Notes: a model not told the origin generated them from the letters alone. Shown: positions 9,501 to 20,335, counted from the first letter of the stretch. The stretch: 64,000 nucleotides of DNA from an uncultured delta proteobacterium (GCA_963850305.1 CAWKKR010000007.1:608001-672000); one strand, 5' to 3'. A program made the numbers and translations.

Positions 9501-12081
9501 CACTGGCGCGAGCTCAGCGAGTTTTGCATCAACTGCTACACCGTCTACCAGATGGAATCCGTGCGGGGCCGGGAGCTCGAGGCGTGGCGCTGGGCGGATC
9601 TCGCCATCCAGCGCGTGAACAATCATGATGGAGCGCCCGTCGTCCATGAGTTCCTGCTGCTCGGCGCCAAGGCAGCCCTGTGTGCGCTCGGAAGGGAAGA
9701 CGAGATCGATTCGCGGCTTCAGCGGCTGGCGCAAGTGACGGTCGCCGTCCCCCCGGACAGCGGCTCCTTCGCGTCGACCTTCAGCGGTCGAATCCGGATG
9801 CACACGGAGAAGGCCGATCTCGGCGAAGCTTTCGAGTCGCTAGTATCGGATTTTCAGGCACTCGGCCAAGACCCGCGCCGGGTCCACATGAACGTCACGG
9901 AGTATTACGTCCACGTCGCTCACGCCCGGGTTCACGCTTGCCTGCGCGCGCGTCCGGAAGCGCGGTCGAAGCCGCTCGCGGAGCTGGGGGCGGCGCTAGG
10001 AGATCTTCGTGCGGCCGCGAAGATTCCGCTGATCTCGGCCCACGCGCGCGTCGTGGAGGGTTACCACGAATGGCTTTCCGGTCACTCGAACGCGGCTCAG
10101 CGCGCGTTCGAAGAGGCCGAGCGCCTCGCGGTTTCCGAGACGGCGCCATGGGTGCTCTACGCTGTCTACCGCGGACGCGCGCACCTCCTCCAGGCCGAGG
10201 GGAAAGTCGACGCCGCACGGGATCAAGCCGTCCTGGCGGAGTCCGTCGCCTCCGAGCACGGCGCGGCGCACCGCGCGCGATGGATTCGCGAGGAGTTTGG
10301 CGGTCGTGCCCGGAGAGGCTCGGACGGCAGCGACATCACGGGCTCTCTGTCGTTGCCCTCTCCGGACCTGACCGACATGGTCGCGCCGGCCGGCGCCTCG
10401 AGAGCGCGACGACAGCTCCGGGCGCTCCTTCGCATCAGCCAGGCGCGCGCGCAAGATCTCACGCCGGATCACCAGGCGCGGCTCGTCGTGGACGAGCTCA
10501 TCCTGGCCCTGCGCGCGCAGCGCGGGTTTCTCCTCCTTCGCGCGGGGATGGCGGGCGCCGCTGGAGTCGACGGGAGCGAGGATAGGACCCGAAGCGATCC
10601 ACCGCTTCGCCTGGTCGCGGGAAGGGATTCGGCGGGACGGAATCTCGACGGTCCGGAAGACTACGACCGGAACGCTGTCCGTGGCGCTCTCTTCGCGAGC
10701 GTTGCAGACAGCGAGGACCCCGCGTCCCTACGGTTTCGAGTCGCGACGAGCGCGCGTTTGACTGCCATCGCCGCGCCGCTCATCGTCGACGATCTCACTG
10801 CGGGCGTGATCTGTCTCGACCGGCCCTTGACCGAGGGTGTCTTTTCCGAGGCGGACGGCGCACTACTCACGGCTCTGGCGGCGCAGGTTGCCGTCGCGCT
10901 CGAACTGACCCGAGCTCTTCGCGCCCGTGAACGCGCCCAGGAGAGCTTGCGCAACGCGGAAAAGATGGACGCGGTCGCGCGACTCGGCAGGGCGATCGCG
11001 CACGATCTGAACAACATGCTCTCCGCGATCCGTCTCGCCACGATGGCCATCGTGGCCCTGCCCGGAGCAAGCTCGATGATCGGTGATGACGTTCATACCA
11101 TCCAGAGCGCGTTGCAGCGCGCGAACGAGCTCACGAAGCAGCTCGGGACCTTCTCCCGCGGAGAGTTTGCCAAGCCGGGGCTGGTGAAGGTCGGGCCGCG
11201 CATCGATCGCCTGCTGCCGGTCATCGCAGGCCTCGTCGGGGAATCCATCCGTATTCGTGCGGAGGTTGCGCCGCGTACCTCGCCGATCATGATCGACCCC
11301 GACCAGCTCGATCACGTCTTGATGAACCTCGTCGTGAATTCGCGGGATGCCATGCCGGATGGCGGCGAAATTCTGATCGCGGTAGCCGAGGTGAGGCTCG
11401 ACGAGGCCTACGTCACCGAGCATCCCCGCGTGGTCGCCGGGCGCTACATCCGGATCTCCCTGACGGACACCGGCCACGGCATGGACGAGGAGGTCCGTGG
11501 AAAGATCTTCGAGCCCTACTTCACGACCAAACGAGAGCGTGGCGGAACCGGGCTCGGCCTTGCGAGTGTTTACTGGGCGGTCTCGGCAAGCGGCGGACAC
11601 GTCGACGTTCGAAGTGGTGTCGGGACCGGAACGACGTTTACGTTGCACTTCCCCGTCGCGGGTAAAGGCGTTCCGGGCGCCCGCTCCGAACCGAGGGCCG
11701 TGGATTGTCCGACCCTTCTAGTCGTCGAGGCAGGGCGACCCGAGACGCAGCACGTTGAGCGGACTCTGGCGGAGCTCGGGTACCGCGTTCGGGTCGCGTC
11801 ATCTGCGGCGGACGCCATCGAGATGGTGCGGCAAAGCAACGACATTGCGCTCGTCATCACGGATGTCGTGATGGTGGGCATGAACGGGCTCGAACTCGCA
11901 CGGAGGATTCGTGGCGCCAGAGAGGACGTGGAGGTTCTGTTGACCTCTGGGGACCGCTCCGGAGTTTTGGCGGAGCGCGGGATTCTGGGGGAAGAGGTCG
12001 AGATTCCTCCAGCGGCCGGTGGCCCCCGAAATCCTTGCCCGCCGCGTTCGCGAGATCCTGGCGCGCCAGCAGACCGAGTAA
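6545..12081 (+). CDS. Hybrid sensor: Ser/Thr kinase + AAA ATPase + helical repeats + GAF + histidine kinase + receiver; apparent frameshifts
   Basis: Fragments in successive frames: LGRGAHSVV/AVKL, FLREAAALARLHHP, HRDVKPRN, VDFG, YAAPE, GAPGAGKT, VFVDDVQW, GAF-like AAPLIVDDLTAGVICLDR, AHDLNN, NLVVNSRDAM, DTGHGM, FEPYFTTK, GTGLGL, LVITDVVM. The likely true end FLQRPVAPEILARRVREILARQQTE* is at 12081. Confidence 0.8.
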
Positions 12082-12352
12082 AGGACGCGCCCTTCTGGCG
12101 ACGCGTCCTTGCGCGAGCTGCGGCGAGCGACTTATACTTATCAGTGCGCGGGCTGTCCCCACCCCCCCCGGCCCGGCCCAAAGTCGTGGGCCGGCGCTCC
12201 AGAGGCCGACCCCCCTCCTCACTGCGTGTGCCCTGGAGTACCGCGCGACGCGTTATGTCCCCCGCCGTATCGGCTCCACCCGATACGGCGGCTTCTTTTC
12301 CATCCACAGTGCCGGCCGCTCGCTGAATCGGCTCACCCCAGGCGAGGAAATC

Positions 12353-13099
12353 TCACTCGATGCAGCCGGCGCCGTCGCAGGTTTGCCCGGGGGCGCAGTC
12401 GGCGTCGCTCGAGCAATTCCCGCACCGATCGTCGACGGTGCGGCAGTGGAGGACGCCGCAATCCGAGTCGAGCAGGCATCCGACGCACGTCCCGACCCCC
12501 AGGTTGCACAGCGGGGTTTCGCCCGAACAATTTGCATCGCCGGTGCACTCCACGCAGACGCCCGCGGCTACCGCGCAGAGGGGTCGGTTGCCACCCGCGC
12601 AATCCGCGCTGCTGAAGCATCTCGCGACACAAGCGTGCTGGTCCGCCGGGCACGCCTGCCCCGGCGGGCATTCGGCCGAGGAGGTGCATCCGACACATCG
12701 GTGTTCATCAGCGTAACAGTGCGGCGTCGGGGGGTGGCATTCGGAATCGTCCGAGCAGAGAGCGCACGTGTGGCTCTGCAGGTTGCACAGGTTCGTCGCG
12801 CAATCCTGGTCAGCGGTGCACTCGACGCAGGTCTTCGACCGTGTGTCGCAGACCGGCGTCGCGAGCTCACATTCTGCATCCGTCCTGCACCCACCACCGT
12901 CGATCCGCGGCTCGAGCACGTCGGCGGGATCGGTCTGCCTCATGGTTGAGGCGTCTCTCGTCGCCTGATTGGGCACCACGCTGCTGGCATCGGCAGTGCC
13001 GCTGAACAGAGAAATGGTTTCCGTGTGCTGGCCGCACCCGAGGGTGGACGACATCGCGCATGCCACGACGGTCGCGAGCCGGAGTACCGAATCATTCAC
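12353..13099 (-). CDS. Cys-rich repeat lipoprotein (myxobacterial type)
   Basis: Signal plus lipobox-like TLGC; repeated CxxDxxC...PxC...CVxC units. Confidence 0.8.
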   Translation of the reverse strand: MNDSVLRLATVVACAMSSTLGCGQHTETISLFSGTADASSVVPNQATRDASTMRQTDPADVLEPRIDGGGCRTDAECELATPVCDTRSKTCVECTADQDCATNLCNLQSHTCALCSDDSECHPPTPHCYADEHRCVGCTSSAECPPGQACPADQHACVARCFSSADCAGGNRPLCAVAAGVCVECTGDANCSGETPLCNLGVGTCVGCLLDSDCGVLHCRTVDDRCGNCSSDADCAPGQTCDGAGCIE

Positions 13100-13114
13100 G
13101 ACGAGTCTCGCCGT

Positions 13115-13834
13115 TCAGCGTTGAGGCGCGCCCTGCGCCGCGGGCACGGCGAGACGGCGCGCTTCGTTCACGTCCATGCCGCTCGGCTGCTCCGCGAGAT
13201 AGCGTCGCGCCTCGCTGGACGCCTGGCGCAGCTCTCCCAGTCGTTCGAGAGCGCGGAAGCGCTCCACCTCTGCATTCTGGCGAAGCGGTGAGGCGGGATA
13301 TCGGGCGATCAGAGCGTCGAGCAGCGCGACGGCTCGAGCATCACGGCCGCCGCGCGCCTCGATGAGAGCGTTCTGCATCAAGGCATTCTCGGCGGCGAGC
13401 GTGCTCTTCTTCGTCGCAGATCGAGCGCGTACCCCGAGTCCGTTGCGTCGCACGTCTCCATGCAGGGCGGGTGCGACGACGGGGCCCGCGTCCTTTACGC
13501 CGCGCACGTTCACCGCACCAACGGGCTGCCCCGGCCCAGCCTCATCGAAGAGGGGTGCCACCGGGGGGGCCCCCGCTTTTCCAAAGTAGGGGTCCCAGAT
13601 GCGCGCCGTGGCTGCCAGGGCGCCCGCCGACGACAGTAGTACGAGCGCCGCCACGAGTACGCGTTTGCGTATCGACAGTTCGACCTCCCGCCGGGTGCTG
13701 CTGCGGATTTGAAGCTCCCTCAAGCGAGCCACGGTGGAATCTCGACGCGTCTCGATCCGGTCCGCGCTTTCGACGGGAATGACCGTCGTACGCATCTCGC
13801 GCAGCAGGTCTTCCGGGCGGGGCGCGTGGGTCAC
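13115..13834 (-). CDS. Probable membrane anti-sigma-like protein with a C-terminal TPR-like module
   Basis: One TM segment (VLVAALVLLSSAGALAA); C-terminal LAAENALMQNAL...LIARYPASPLRQNAEVERFRAL; overlaps the ECF sigma stop. Confidence 0.65.
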   Translation of the reverse strand: MTHAPRPEDLLREMRTTVIPVESADRIETRRDSTVARLRELQIRSSTRREVELSIRKRVLVAALVLLSSAGALAATARIWDPYFGKAGAPPVAPLFDEAGPGQPVGAVNVRGVKDAGPVVAPALHGDVRRNGLGVRARSATKKSTLAAENALMQNALIEARGGRDARAVALLDALIARYPASPLRQNAEVERFRALERLGELRQASSEARRYLAEQPSGMDVNEARRLAVPAAQGAPQR

Positions 13835-14508
13835 GTTCTTCTCCGTTCCGGGTCCATCGACCCATCTGCCATGAGGCGGCGCTGCAGCTCCTTCCGCGCC
13901 CGGACCAGCCGCGATTGCGCCGCGGCGACCGAGACGCCGGTGAGAACGGCGATCTCCGCGAGTTCATGACCCATCACGTCGTGAAGGAAGACGGTCGTTG
14001 CACGAGACCGATTCATGTCGGCAAGATGGAAGCGCACTCGTGCAAGTGCTTGCCTCACTCCGGCTTCGCGCTCGACATCCAGGTGTGTCCCGCGGCTCCG
14101 AGCTTCATGCTCGCCGTCACGTCCCCGATCGACCACTCGGCGCTCGCGGGTCCGGGCCCGGATCGCGTTGAAGGCAATATGCGTCGTCACGCTGGCGGCC
14201 CAAGAAGGGAGGCTACAGGCGCGTGCGAAGCGCTTTCTCGAGAGGGTGAGAACGATTTGTTCGAAGGCGGCCTGGACGAGATCATCGTGGGCTTCATCCC
14301 GGCGCCCGAGGACCCGATAGAGAGTTCCTTCGACGACGCCGATCAGGCGGTCGTACAGATGCTCACAAGCGTGCCCCTCGCCGCGCTCGAACGCATCGAT
14401 CAGATCCCCGTCATCCAGGTGACGCGCGCTCGAATCCGCCCCGCCTTCGACCACGCGAAGATGCTCAGCCCCAGCGCGAGATCTCGATTCGGCGGCCACT
14501 TCAAGCAA
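13831..14508 (-). CDS. ECF-type RNA polymerase sigma factor
   Basis: Region 2 (HDDLVQAAF...SLPSWAASVTTHIA) and region 4 (VFLHDVMGHELAEIAVLTGVSVAAAQSRLVRARKEL). Confidence 0.88.
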   Translation of the reverse strand: MLEVAAESRSRAGAEHLRVVEGGADSSARHLDDGDLIDAFERGEGHACEHLYDRLIGVVEGTLYRVLGRRDEAHDDLVQAAFEQIVLTLSRKRFARACSLPSWAASVTTHIAFNAIRARTRERRVVDRGRDGEHEARSRGTHLDVEREAGVRQALARVRFHLADMNRSRATTVFLHDVMGHELAEIAVLTGVSVAAAQSRLVRARKELQRRLMADGSMDPERRRT

Positions 14509-14538
14509 GTTGTAACCGAACCACGCGCCGTCAGGCAG

Positions 14539-15609
14539 TCACGGAACGTAATATCGGAGCCCGAGCAGTCCGCTGAACCCCGCCGCGTCGTCGGTCGCGA
14601 CTCGATGATTCTCCACGATAATTTCGATCGATGACGTGGCCCGCCACGCCGTGGCACCGGCTAGAAACCCGAGATCGCCCGCGCGAATGACGAAGTCGGT
14701 GCCGGCTGACAGATTGACGGTGCCCCTTCCGCCCGCGTCGCTGCCGCGTTCCGTCGGATTCGTCGCGACCACGCGGACAAATTGCCATCCGAAGCCTATC
14801 TGTGGCTCGACGAAGAAGGGGGGACTCCCCAGAATCGCACCGGCAGCGAGGGACGCGGTCTCCCACTCTGCGTAGAGTCCCTGGCCGTCCGTCGGGCGGG
14901 CCGCGAATCCCAATTCAATCCCGGCGAACCACGGCGCGGATGTGGGACGAAACGCGGCGCTTCCCTGGGCCCCAAAGCGTAGGCCGCCGGGATGTAGCCC
15001 CGGTCCTCCACGCGCTGCGACGCCAAACCAGAGCTCTCGAGCCGACGCGTTCGCGCGCGTCGTCTTCGCCATCGTTCTTTCGGCGGAAGCCGCGGACGTT
15101 GCAGCCGGCGCCGGTTTCTCGTCGAGATCGGATGCACCCTTGCGAACCGTCTGCGGGACGCCCGCCCGTTGTGTTTCCGCGATGGTGACCCCTGGATTTT
15201 CCGGCGGAAACATTCCGTCGGCGAGCGTCGCGATCGTGAGCCCGACAGTCTTCCACCGCTCTTCGGGAGCATCGGAGCGATGGAATTCGAGCGACCGGGT
15301 TTGCCAATCGGGATTGTCCGACTGCGGCCTACCGACCTGGACGATGACGTGTAGGTCGTCGGGCTCGTCCCAGTGCACGATGGCGACGTCTTCCGGCGCC
15401 GAGGTTCGATCGGGGAAACTCGCGCATCTTCCAGCTCGTACCCCCGACGAACACGCGTCGACGAGGGCCCTGACCAGAGCTGGCGCTGAGTCGGTCGGCG
15501 AGATCTGAACGAGGACGAATGGCATCTGAGTCGGAGCCGAGGTTACTAGCACCGTCGTGGTGCGCGGCGCCGGGTGCGCGGTTCCCTTGGACGTGCGTTG
15601 CTGTCGCAC
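14539..15609 (-). CDS. Hypothetical exported protein with a beta-strand-rich C-terminus (possible outer-membrane protein); start uncertain
   Basis: Amphipathic strands ending FSGLLGLRYYVP; first gene of the ECF cassette. Confidence 0.55.
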   Translation of the reverse strand: MRQQRTSKGTAHPAPRTTTVLVTSAPTQMPFVLVQISPTDSAPALVRALVDACSSGVRAGRCASFPDRTSAPEDVAIVHWDEPDDLHVIVQVGRPQSDNPDWQTRSLEFHRSDAPEERWKTVGLTIATLADGMFPPENPGVTIAETQRAGVPQTVRKGASDLDEKPAPAATSAASAERTMAKTTRANASARELWFGVAARGGPGLHPGGLRFGAQGSAAFRPTSAPWFAGIELGFAARPTDGQGLYAEWETASLAAGAILGSPPFFVEPQIGFGWQFVRVVATNPTERGSDAGGRGTVNLSAGTDFVIRAGDLGFLAGATAWRATSSIEIIVENHRVATDDAAGFSGLLGLRYYVP

Positions 15610-15673
15610 CTTGGCTCACCGAGCGGTCGCTTCGCGGTTTCGCGCGGCGAAAATAGGCTCTAGTCTTCCTGCA

Positions 15674-17905
15674 ATGAAGCCCGGTTCCATTCGTTGGGTG
15701 AGCGCTTCGGTCGCGCTAGGCTGCCTTGCGAGCGCTTGTTCCTCCAGTCCCCATCACGGTGCGACTGACGGCGGAACCAAGCAGCTGCTCTTCAACCCTC
15801 CGACAACGCCGGACGGAGGCATTTTCATCACTCCTTCGAACCCGGTTTTCACGGTAAATCCGAACGGGCCGCCCCCAGCCCCAGTTCAATTTCACGTGCA
15901 CAACCAGGGGTCAGCGGTTGTATCCTGGAGCATTTCGAATCCGTACCTCGGAGCCATCGACACGAACGGCCTCTTCACCCTTTACGGCCAGGCCGGCGGC
16001 GCGGGTGACATCCAGGTCACGGTGAACGGCGTGGTGGTCGCGTCCGTCCACATCAGTGTCGATGTGAATCAGACTCAAAACGGCTCGTCGAGCAGCGACG
16101 GTGGCGCGACGGTCGTCGGCGACGCCGGCGCTGGTGGCCTCGGTGGGGTCGGAGGCGAGGGACTCGGTGGCCCGATCTCGTCGGCGCTCGTCAATGTGTT
16201 GAACGGAACCCCCGCGGCGGACAGCGCTATCACCTTTCTGTATCCCTATGACCAGACCGTGTTCCCGCTCGGCATTCTTCCCCCGCTCTTCCAGTGGACG
16301 AGCGGCAGCCACGGTAACATCGATGCCATTTACGTCCACATCTCGGCGCCGCCCTACTTCGACTACAAGGGCTATTTTGGCCGACCGGCTGCGCTGGCGG
16401 CTGGCTCGGATTACGTCCGGAGCCCCGTTCCGAAGGACGTCTGGACCGCCGCGACGAACAGTGCCGCGGGCAGCGTTCTGACGACTGAGTTCGTCTTTGC
16501 CGCCGGAGGCACGGCCTACGGTCCGCTCACCCAGCATTACAAGATCGCGCTCGCGCCGTTCAATGGACGAATCTACTACCAGGCGTACGACACGGCGTTC
16601 GTCAAGAACTCCACGTCCGGGGAGACAGTCATTTGGGACCACAAGTCGCGGTTCGGTGCGGCGACGCTGTCGATCGATGTGGGAGCGGAGTCGCCGAAGC
16701 TCGTTGCGGGGACGACCACGAATGACAACTCTGGATGTCGAGTGTGCCACTCAGTGTCGGCGTACGGAGATCGAATGGTCGTACAACACGGGGACGACTA
16801 TGCAGCGACATCCGCGTACGACCTCAAGAACAACAACGCGGAGACGACACCCTATGCGGATGGGACCGTCGGATGGGCGGGCATGTCCTCCGACGGAACG
16901 ATCGGGCTCGCGAACTCGATCAGCGTAACGGGCTCCACGTCGAACACCGGCGACACCAAACTATACAACATGAGCACGGGCGCAGTGATCCCGTCACCGG
17001 GCTTGAATGAATTTGCCACGAGGATCGGTTTGCCCGCATTCTCGCCGGACACGAAGCACGTCGCCTTCACCTTCTTCGACGGGCCTGGCGCCGCCCTCGT
17101 CGGCGGAACGAACGGACACCAGCTGGTGACCATGGACTTCGACGCCACGACCGATACGTTCTCGAATCCGAAGAAGCTGTGGGACGCCCCGGGCTCCGAT
17201 CAGCGACCCTCTTTCATGACCTTCATGCCCACGAGCGACGCGGTCGTCTTCGCCCGGCGCTGGGACGGCACGAACGGCGACATCTTCTCGAGCTGGTACG
17301 GTTCTCGAAGTGAGCTCTGGTGGGTAGACCTCGGGACTGGCAAAGCAGTCCCTCTGGCCACGGTCAACGGGATGGGGGCCGATGGGAAGAGCTACCTTCC
17401 CGTGGGGCCCAACAATCACGCCGCCGACGAGACGCTCAACTATGAACCGAGCATCAGCCCCGTCGCTTCCGGCGGGTACGCGTGGCTCGTCTTCATGAGC
17501 CGCCGTATGTACGGAAGCGTGGCGACGCGCGACCCGTGGGAGGCCGACCCGCGCGTTTACGACATCCATGGAGACAACCCGACGACGAAGAAGATCTGGA
17601 TGGCCGCGATCGATCTCAACGCTGCGCCGGGCACGGATCCGAGCCACCCGGCGTTCTACATCCCCGGGCAGGAGCTCAAGGGCGTCAACTCACGACCCTT
17701 TTTCGCCCTTCAGCCGTGTATCACCGACAACGGAGTTTGTCAGACCGGGATCGATTGCTGCACCGGATTCTGCCGAGAAGGGTTGTGTCAGCCACAGCCG
17801 CTCGACTCATGCTCGCAGCTCGACGAAAAGTGCGACACCTCCGCCAACTGCTGCGATACGAGCCTTCAATGCATCGGTGGCTTCTGCGCACAGGCGATTC
17901 ATTAG
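15674..17905 (+). CDS. Lipoprotein with TolB-like beta-propeller repeats and a Cys-rich tail
   Basis: Lipobox LASAC; YPYDQTVFP; GCRVCH; PAFSPDTKHV; SHPAFYIPGQE; C-terminal CQTGIDCCTGFC. Confidence 0.8.
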   Translation: MKPGSIRWVSASVALGCLASACSSSPHHGATDGGTKQLLFNPPTTPDGGIFITPSNPVFTVNPNGPPPAPVQFHVHNQGSAVVSWSISNPYLGAIDTNGLFTLYGQAGGAGDIQVTVNGVVVASVHISVDVNQTQNGSSSSDGGATVVGDAGAGGLGGVGGEGLGGPISSALVNVLNGTPAADSAITFLYPYDQTVFPLGILPPLFQWTSGSHGNIDAIYVHISAPPYFDYKGYFGRPAALAAGSDYVRSPVPKDVWTAATNSAAGSVLTTEFVFAAGGTAYGPLTQHYKIALAPFNGRIYYQAYDTAFVKNSTSGETVIWDHKSRFGAATLSIDVGAESPKLVAGTTTNDNSGCRVCHSVSAYGDRMVVQHGDDYAATSAYDLKNNNAETTPYADGTVGWAGMSSDGTIGLANSISVTGSTSNTGDTKLYNMSTGAVIPSPGLNEFATRIGLPAFSPDTKHVAFTFFDGPGAALVGGTNGHQLVTMDFDATTDTFSNPKKLWDAPGSDQRPSFMTFMPTSDAVVFARRWDGTNGDIFSSWYGSRSELWWVDLGTGKAVPLATVNGMGADGKSYLPVGPNNHAADETLNYEPSISPVASGGYAWLVFMSRRMYGSVATRDPWEADPRVYDIHGDNPTTKKIWMAAIDLNAAPGTDPSHPAFYIPGQELKGVNSRPFFALQPCITDNGVCQTGIDCCTGFCREGLCQPQPLDSCSQLDEKCDTSANCCDTSLQCIGGFCAQAIH

Positions 17906-17962
17906 GAGTCGGAGCTCGCAGGTTTCGCCGAGCACCACTCTGTTGGCCCGCTGATGCTGTCT

Positions 17963-19186
17963 TCAGAATCCGCCGAGGCCGACCACGGAATTCATCGCCT
18001 GGCCCTGATGGGACATGTCGGTCGTGTAGAAGATGCCGGAGAAGATGCACATCTCGTTCGTTGCGGCTGATTCCCCGAAAGTAAGCGTATTCCCCGTATT
18101 ATTGTCGTACATACACGACCACGTGATGGTGGTGTTCGCCGGGACGGGGATCGGCGGCGAGTAAGCCTCCGGCTTCGGCTCGTTCCAGCAATCCCCGGTC
18201 GAGCAGGCGTAGAGGGTTGTGCCGGTGTTCGTGCTCGCGTTGAAGCCTACCGCGCGCGCGTGCATGTGACTCACTCCGCTGATCATCTCCGACGCAAACG
18301 GCGTCGTGTAGGTCGCGCTCTGAGTGCTGCTGCCAATCGGGACCGTGAGGAGCGCTTGATTCAAGAACATCTCCTCCGCGAGGTATTGAACCTGGTTTCG
18401 AGGCACGTAATGGAACTTCACCGTGACCTGGCCGGTGATCGTGTCCTCCGTCAGGTTGATGTAGTGCACCATGATCTGCAAGCCCTCGGTCGCGCTCAGG
18501 AAGCGGCCAACTCCTGGCGGATATGTAATGGTCTGCGTCGGGGTCTGTGCGGAGTGCAGGAAGTCGGAGAACTCCGTGCCCGAGCAGTCGACGACGGCGT
18601 TGGTGTCGGTCGTGTACGAGGTGCTGTGGAAAACGAACATGTGATGCGAGCCCGGCGACATCGCCGAATCGCTCTCGAGGATCGCGATGTCCTCGCCGAA
18701 GGGGTTCGCGAAGTTCTGACACTTGTAGACATCCTGGCCGCCGACTGCGACGGGGAACTGGACCGTCGAGATATCTTTCTCCATGGTGGTCGGACCACCT
18801 CCGCCTGTGCCAGTCGCGTCACCCCCGGCGCCCGCCGCGTCGCCTCCCGCACCGGTCGTCTCGCCACCGGCTCCTGTCACGTCAGTGCCGCCCGCCCCGA
18901 TCGTGCTCCCACTTCCGCCCGCCCCGTAGCTTGCGCCACCCGATCCCGTCACTGCGAAAGCGGAACCCCCGGCGCCCGCGCTCGGGAAACATATGTCCGC
19001 GCACTTCTGCGTGTCCTGGAGCATGCAAAAGCATTGTTCGGAGCAATCTTGATATTTCGCGCATTCGGCCGTGAGGGCATTGTCGTTCTCGCCGGAATTC
19101 GAGCCGCTGTTCGCCGCGCTGGTGCCGCAGCCGGCCAGAAGAACGAGAAGTGAACTCAGCCCGAAATTTTTCATGACCATTGTCAT
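17963..19186 (-). CDS. Lipoprotein with a copper type II (PHM/DBH-like) monooxygenase domain
   Basis: RBS AAGGAG; lipobox LLAGC; Gly/Thr linker; Cu ligand motifs SHHMF, SHMH and GESAATNEMC. Confidence 0.78.
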   Translation of the reverse strand: MTMVMKNFGLSSLLVLLAGCGTSAANSGSNSGENDNALTAECAKYQDCSEQCFCMLQDTQKCADICFPSAGAGGSAFAVTGSGGASYGAGGSGSTIGAGGTDVTGAGGETTGAGGDAAGAGGDATGTGGGGPTTMEKDISTVQFPVAVGGQDVYKCQNFANPFGEDIAILESDSAMSPGSHHMFVFHSTSYTTDTNAVVDCSGTEFSDFLHSAQTPTQTITYPPGVGRFLSATEGLQIMVHYINLTEDTITGQVTVKFHYVPRNQVQYLAEEMFLNQALLTVPIGSSTQSATYTTPFASEMISGVSHMHARAVGFNASTNTGTTLYACSTGDCWNEPKPEAYSPPIPVPANTTITWSCMYDNNTGNTLTFGESAATNEMCIFSGIFYTTDMSHQGQAMNSVVGLGGF

Positions 19187-19378
19187 GGGTTGCTCCTTGG
19201 AAGACTTCGTCCCACTCAACCTCCAATAATGCCCGTATGTGCGCCCGCTTCATCAAGCCTTGCACGTCAATCTCTTTGCTATTGAGGTCAGGCCGACGTG
19301 CCTGGCCGAAAGTTGAAAGACAACGAGAAATTAGCCGTTGGCGAGCCGTCACGGCACAGAGTTGAATCAGAGGAACTG

Positions 19379-20335
19379 ATGGCCGATCTCGAGTATCGCA
19401 CCGTTCGAACCGCGCGCCTCCGTCAACGCTTGGCCGAGGAGGGGACCGGTGCGCCCGTCCTCTTGCTTCACGGATTTCCGGAAGGTGCTTACTCATGGCG
19501 CCACCAGCTCCCGGCTCTCGCCCGGGAGGGCTTTCGCGCGATCGCTCCCGATCAACGAGGCTACGCCGGGACGGAGGCCCCGGAATCCATCGACACGTAC
19601 GACCACGTCGAGCTCGCCGCGGACGTCATCGCATTGCTAGATGCTCTCGGCATCGAACGCGCGCCGCTCGTCGCTCACGATTGGGGCGCGGCACTCGCAT
19701 GGAATATCGCTTTGCTTCACCCCGACCGCGTGTCGGCCGTCGTGGCCCTGAGCGTCGCGTATGGAGGGAGATCCCTCGCGCCGCCGCTGCGCACCCTCAC
19801 CGAGCGAGCAGGCGACGGTTTCTTTTATATGCTCTACTTTCAGACGCCCGGCGTGGCGGAACAGGAGCTCGAGGCCGATGTGCGCGAATCGCTCCGCGTC
19901 TTTTATTACTCGAGCTCGGGAGACGTACCGCCGGGGAGTTTCTTCGTCCCCCAGCCGAACACGGCGAAGCTCTTCGATACGCTGAAGGCGCCTGCGGGGT
20001 TGCCATCGTGGCTCACTGAACGAGACCTCGACGTGTACGAAGCTGCGTTTCGAGCGTCCGGATTCCGCGGTCCGCTCAACTGGTATCGAACGCTCGATCG
20101 CACGTGGGAACGGACTCTGCACCTCGCCGGGGCGAAGGTGACCCAGCCCGCGCTCTTCATCGCAGGTGATCGCGATCCGGTGGTCATGTTCACTGGACCG
20201 GCGATTGCGCGAATGCCCTCGCTCGTCCCGCGTCTCGCCGGCGTCCGTATGCTGCCCGGCGTCGGTCACTGGACCCAACAGGAGCGGCCCGATGAGGTGA
20301 CCACCCAGATCGTGCAGTTTCTACGGGGACTATGA
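19379..20335 (+). CDS. Epoxide hydrolase-like alpha/beta hydrolase
   Basis: LLHGFPE, APDQRGY, AHDWGA (Asp nucleophile), GPLNWYR, GHWTQQERP. Confidence 0.92.
   Translation: MADLEYRTVRTARLRQRLAEEGTGAPVLLLHGFPEGAYSWRHQLPALAREGFRAIAPDQRGYAGTEAPESIDTYDHVELAADVIALLDALGIERAPLVAHDWGAALAWNIALLHPDRVSAVVALSVAYGGRSLAPPLRTLTERAGDGFFYMLYFQTPGVAEQELEADVRESLRVFYYSSSGDVPPGSFFVPQPNTAKLFDTLKAPAGLPSWLTERDLDVYEAAFRASGFRGPLNWYRTLDRTWERTLHLAGAKVTQPALFIAGDRDPVVMFTGPAIARMPSLVPRLAGVRMLPGVGHWTQQERPDEVTTQIVQFLRGL

Noticed and set aside
8721..12326. 1201-aa ORF as a complete stand-alone kinase
   Set aside because: Its first ~135 and last ~105 residues look out of frame. It is the distal part of the larger frameshifted gene 6545..12081.
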